This document shows, piece after piece, positions 5,696-5,751 of a stretch of DNA of 5,751 nucleotides. The stretch comes from Halalkalibacterium halodurans (GTDB lineage: Bacteria > Bacillota > Bacilli > Bacillales > Bacillaceae_D). A program made the position numbers and the translations under genes. The stretch covers positions 24,076-29,826 of the forward strand of contig NZ_SNUY01000054.1 of the NCBI RefSeq assembly GCF_004376175.1, written 5' to 3'. Below the pieces are notes generated by a model that was not told the DNA's origin, searched no databases, and saw only the letters and a program-made list of their open reading frames with translations. How positions within the stretch are numbered: the stretch's first letter is position 1; every line of letters begins with the position of its first letter.

Positions 5696-5751
5696 GGCAA
5701 AGTTCTAAACTTTTCATTGCATTCTTCTAAACTTTTTGCTTGCAAAATACA
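5696..5751. repeat. IS21 right terminal inverted repeat with internal sub-repeats
   Basis: The reverse complement is TGTATTTTGCAAGCAAAAAGTTTAGAAGAATGCAATGAAAAGTTTAGAACTTTGCC. An exact 12-bp direct repeat, TTCTAAACTTTT, occurs at 5703-5714 and 5725-5736, 22 bp apart. Confidence 0.7.

Larger units (their letters stand above)
3359..5751 (+). mobile_element. IS21-family insertion sequence (istA-istB), about 2393 bp, apparently complete
   Basis: The element starts 5'-TGT at 3359 and ends ACA-3' at 5751. The two termini align as imperfect inverted repeats, 39 of 55 positions ungapped. It contains the overlapping istA/istB gene pair typical of IS21. The right terminus is the last base of the window, so no target-site duplication can be read. 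Confidence 0.9.

Noticed and set aside
1-5751. CRISPR arrays, tRNA/rRNA genes, integrase/att sites, toxin-antitoxin pairs or known multi-gene defence systems
   Set aside because: Reading both strands showed no regularly spaced direct repeats, no cloverleaf-compatible segments, no recombinase motifs other than IstA, and no small paired ORFs. The only repeats are the IS termini and the operator and direct-repeat elements already listed.

Overview
AT-rich, Bacillaceae-like chromosomal segment that reads as a mosaic of housekeeping and mobile DNA. Everything left of about 3358 is on the minus strand. In transcription order: a stand-alone PRiA4b ORF-3 / MM3350-like (PF07929-type) protein gene with its own terminator (2648-3223); a 272-bp regulatory region with two perfect Rex-type operators; gldA, NAD-dependent glycerol dehydrogenase (1257-2375), with a terminator; a decayed, doubly truncated phage terminase large-subunit relic (about 708-1203); another intrinsic terminator; and a 165-aa SEC-C-motif protein (158-655). 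The right 2.4 kb (3359-5751) is a complete-looking IS21-family element with istA, an overlapping istB and imperfect multi-repeat terminal inverted repeats. Its right tip coincides with the last base of the window. I see no CRISPR array, tRNA or rRNA, and no recognisable multi-gene defence or secretion system. The items most worth follow-up are the twin Rex operators on gldA, the function-unknown PF07929 gene whose upstream region is cut by the IS21 end, and the composite SEC-C gene sitting directly behind a terminator with no room for a promoter. All family assignments come from motif recognition by eye and memory. No BLAST, HMM or folding computation was run.
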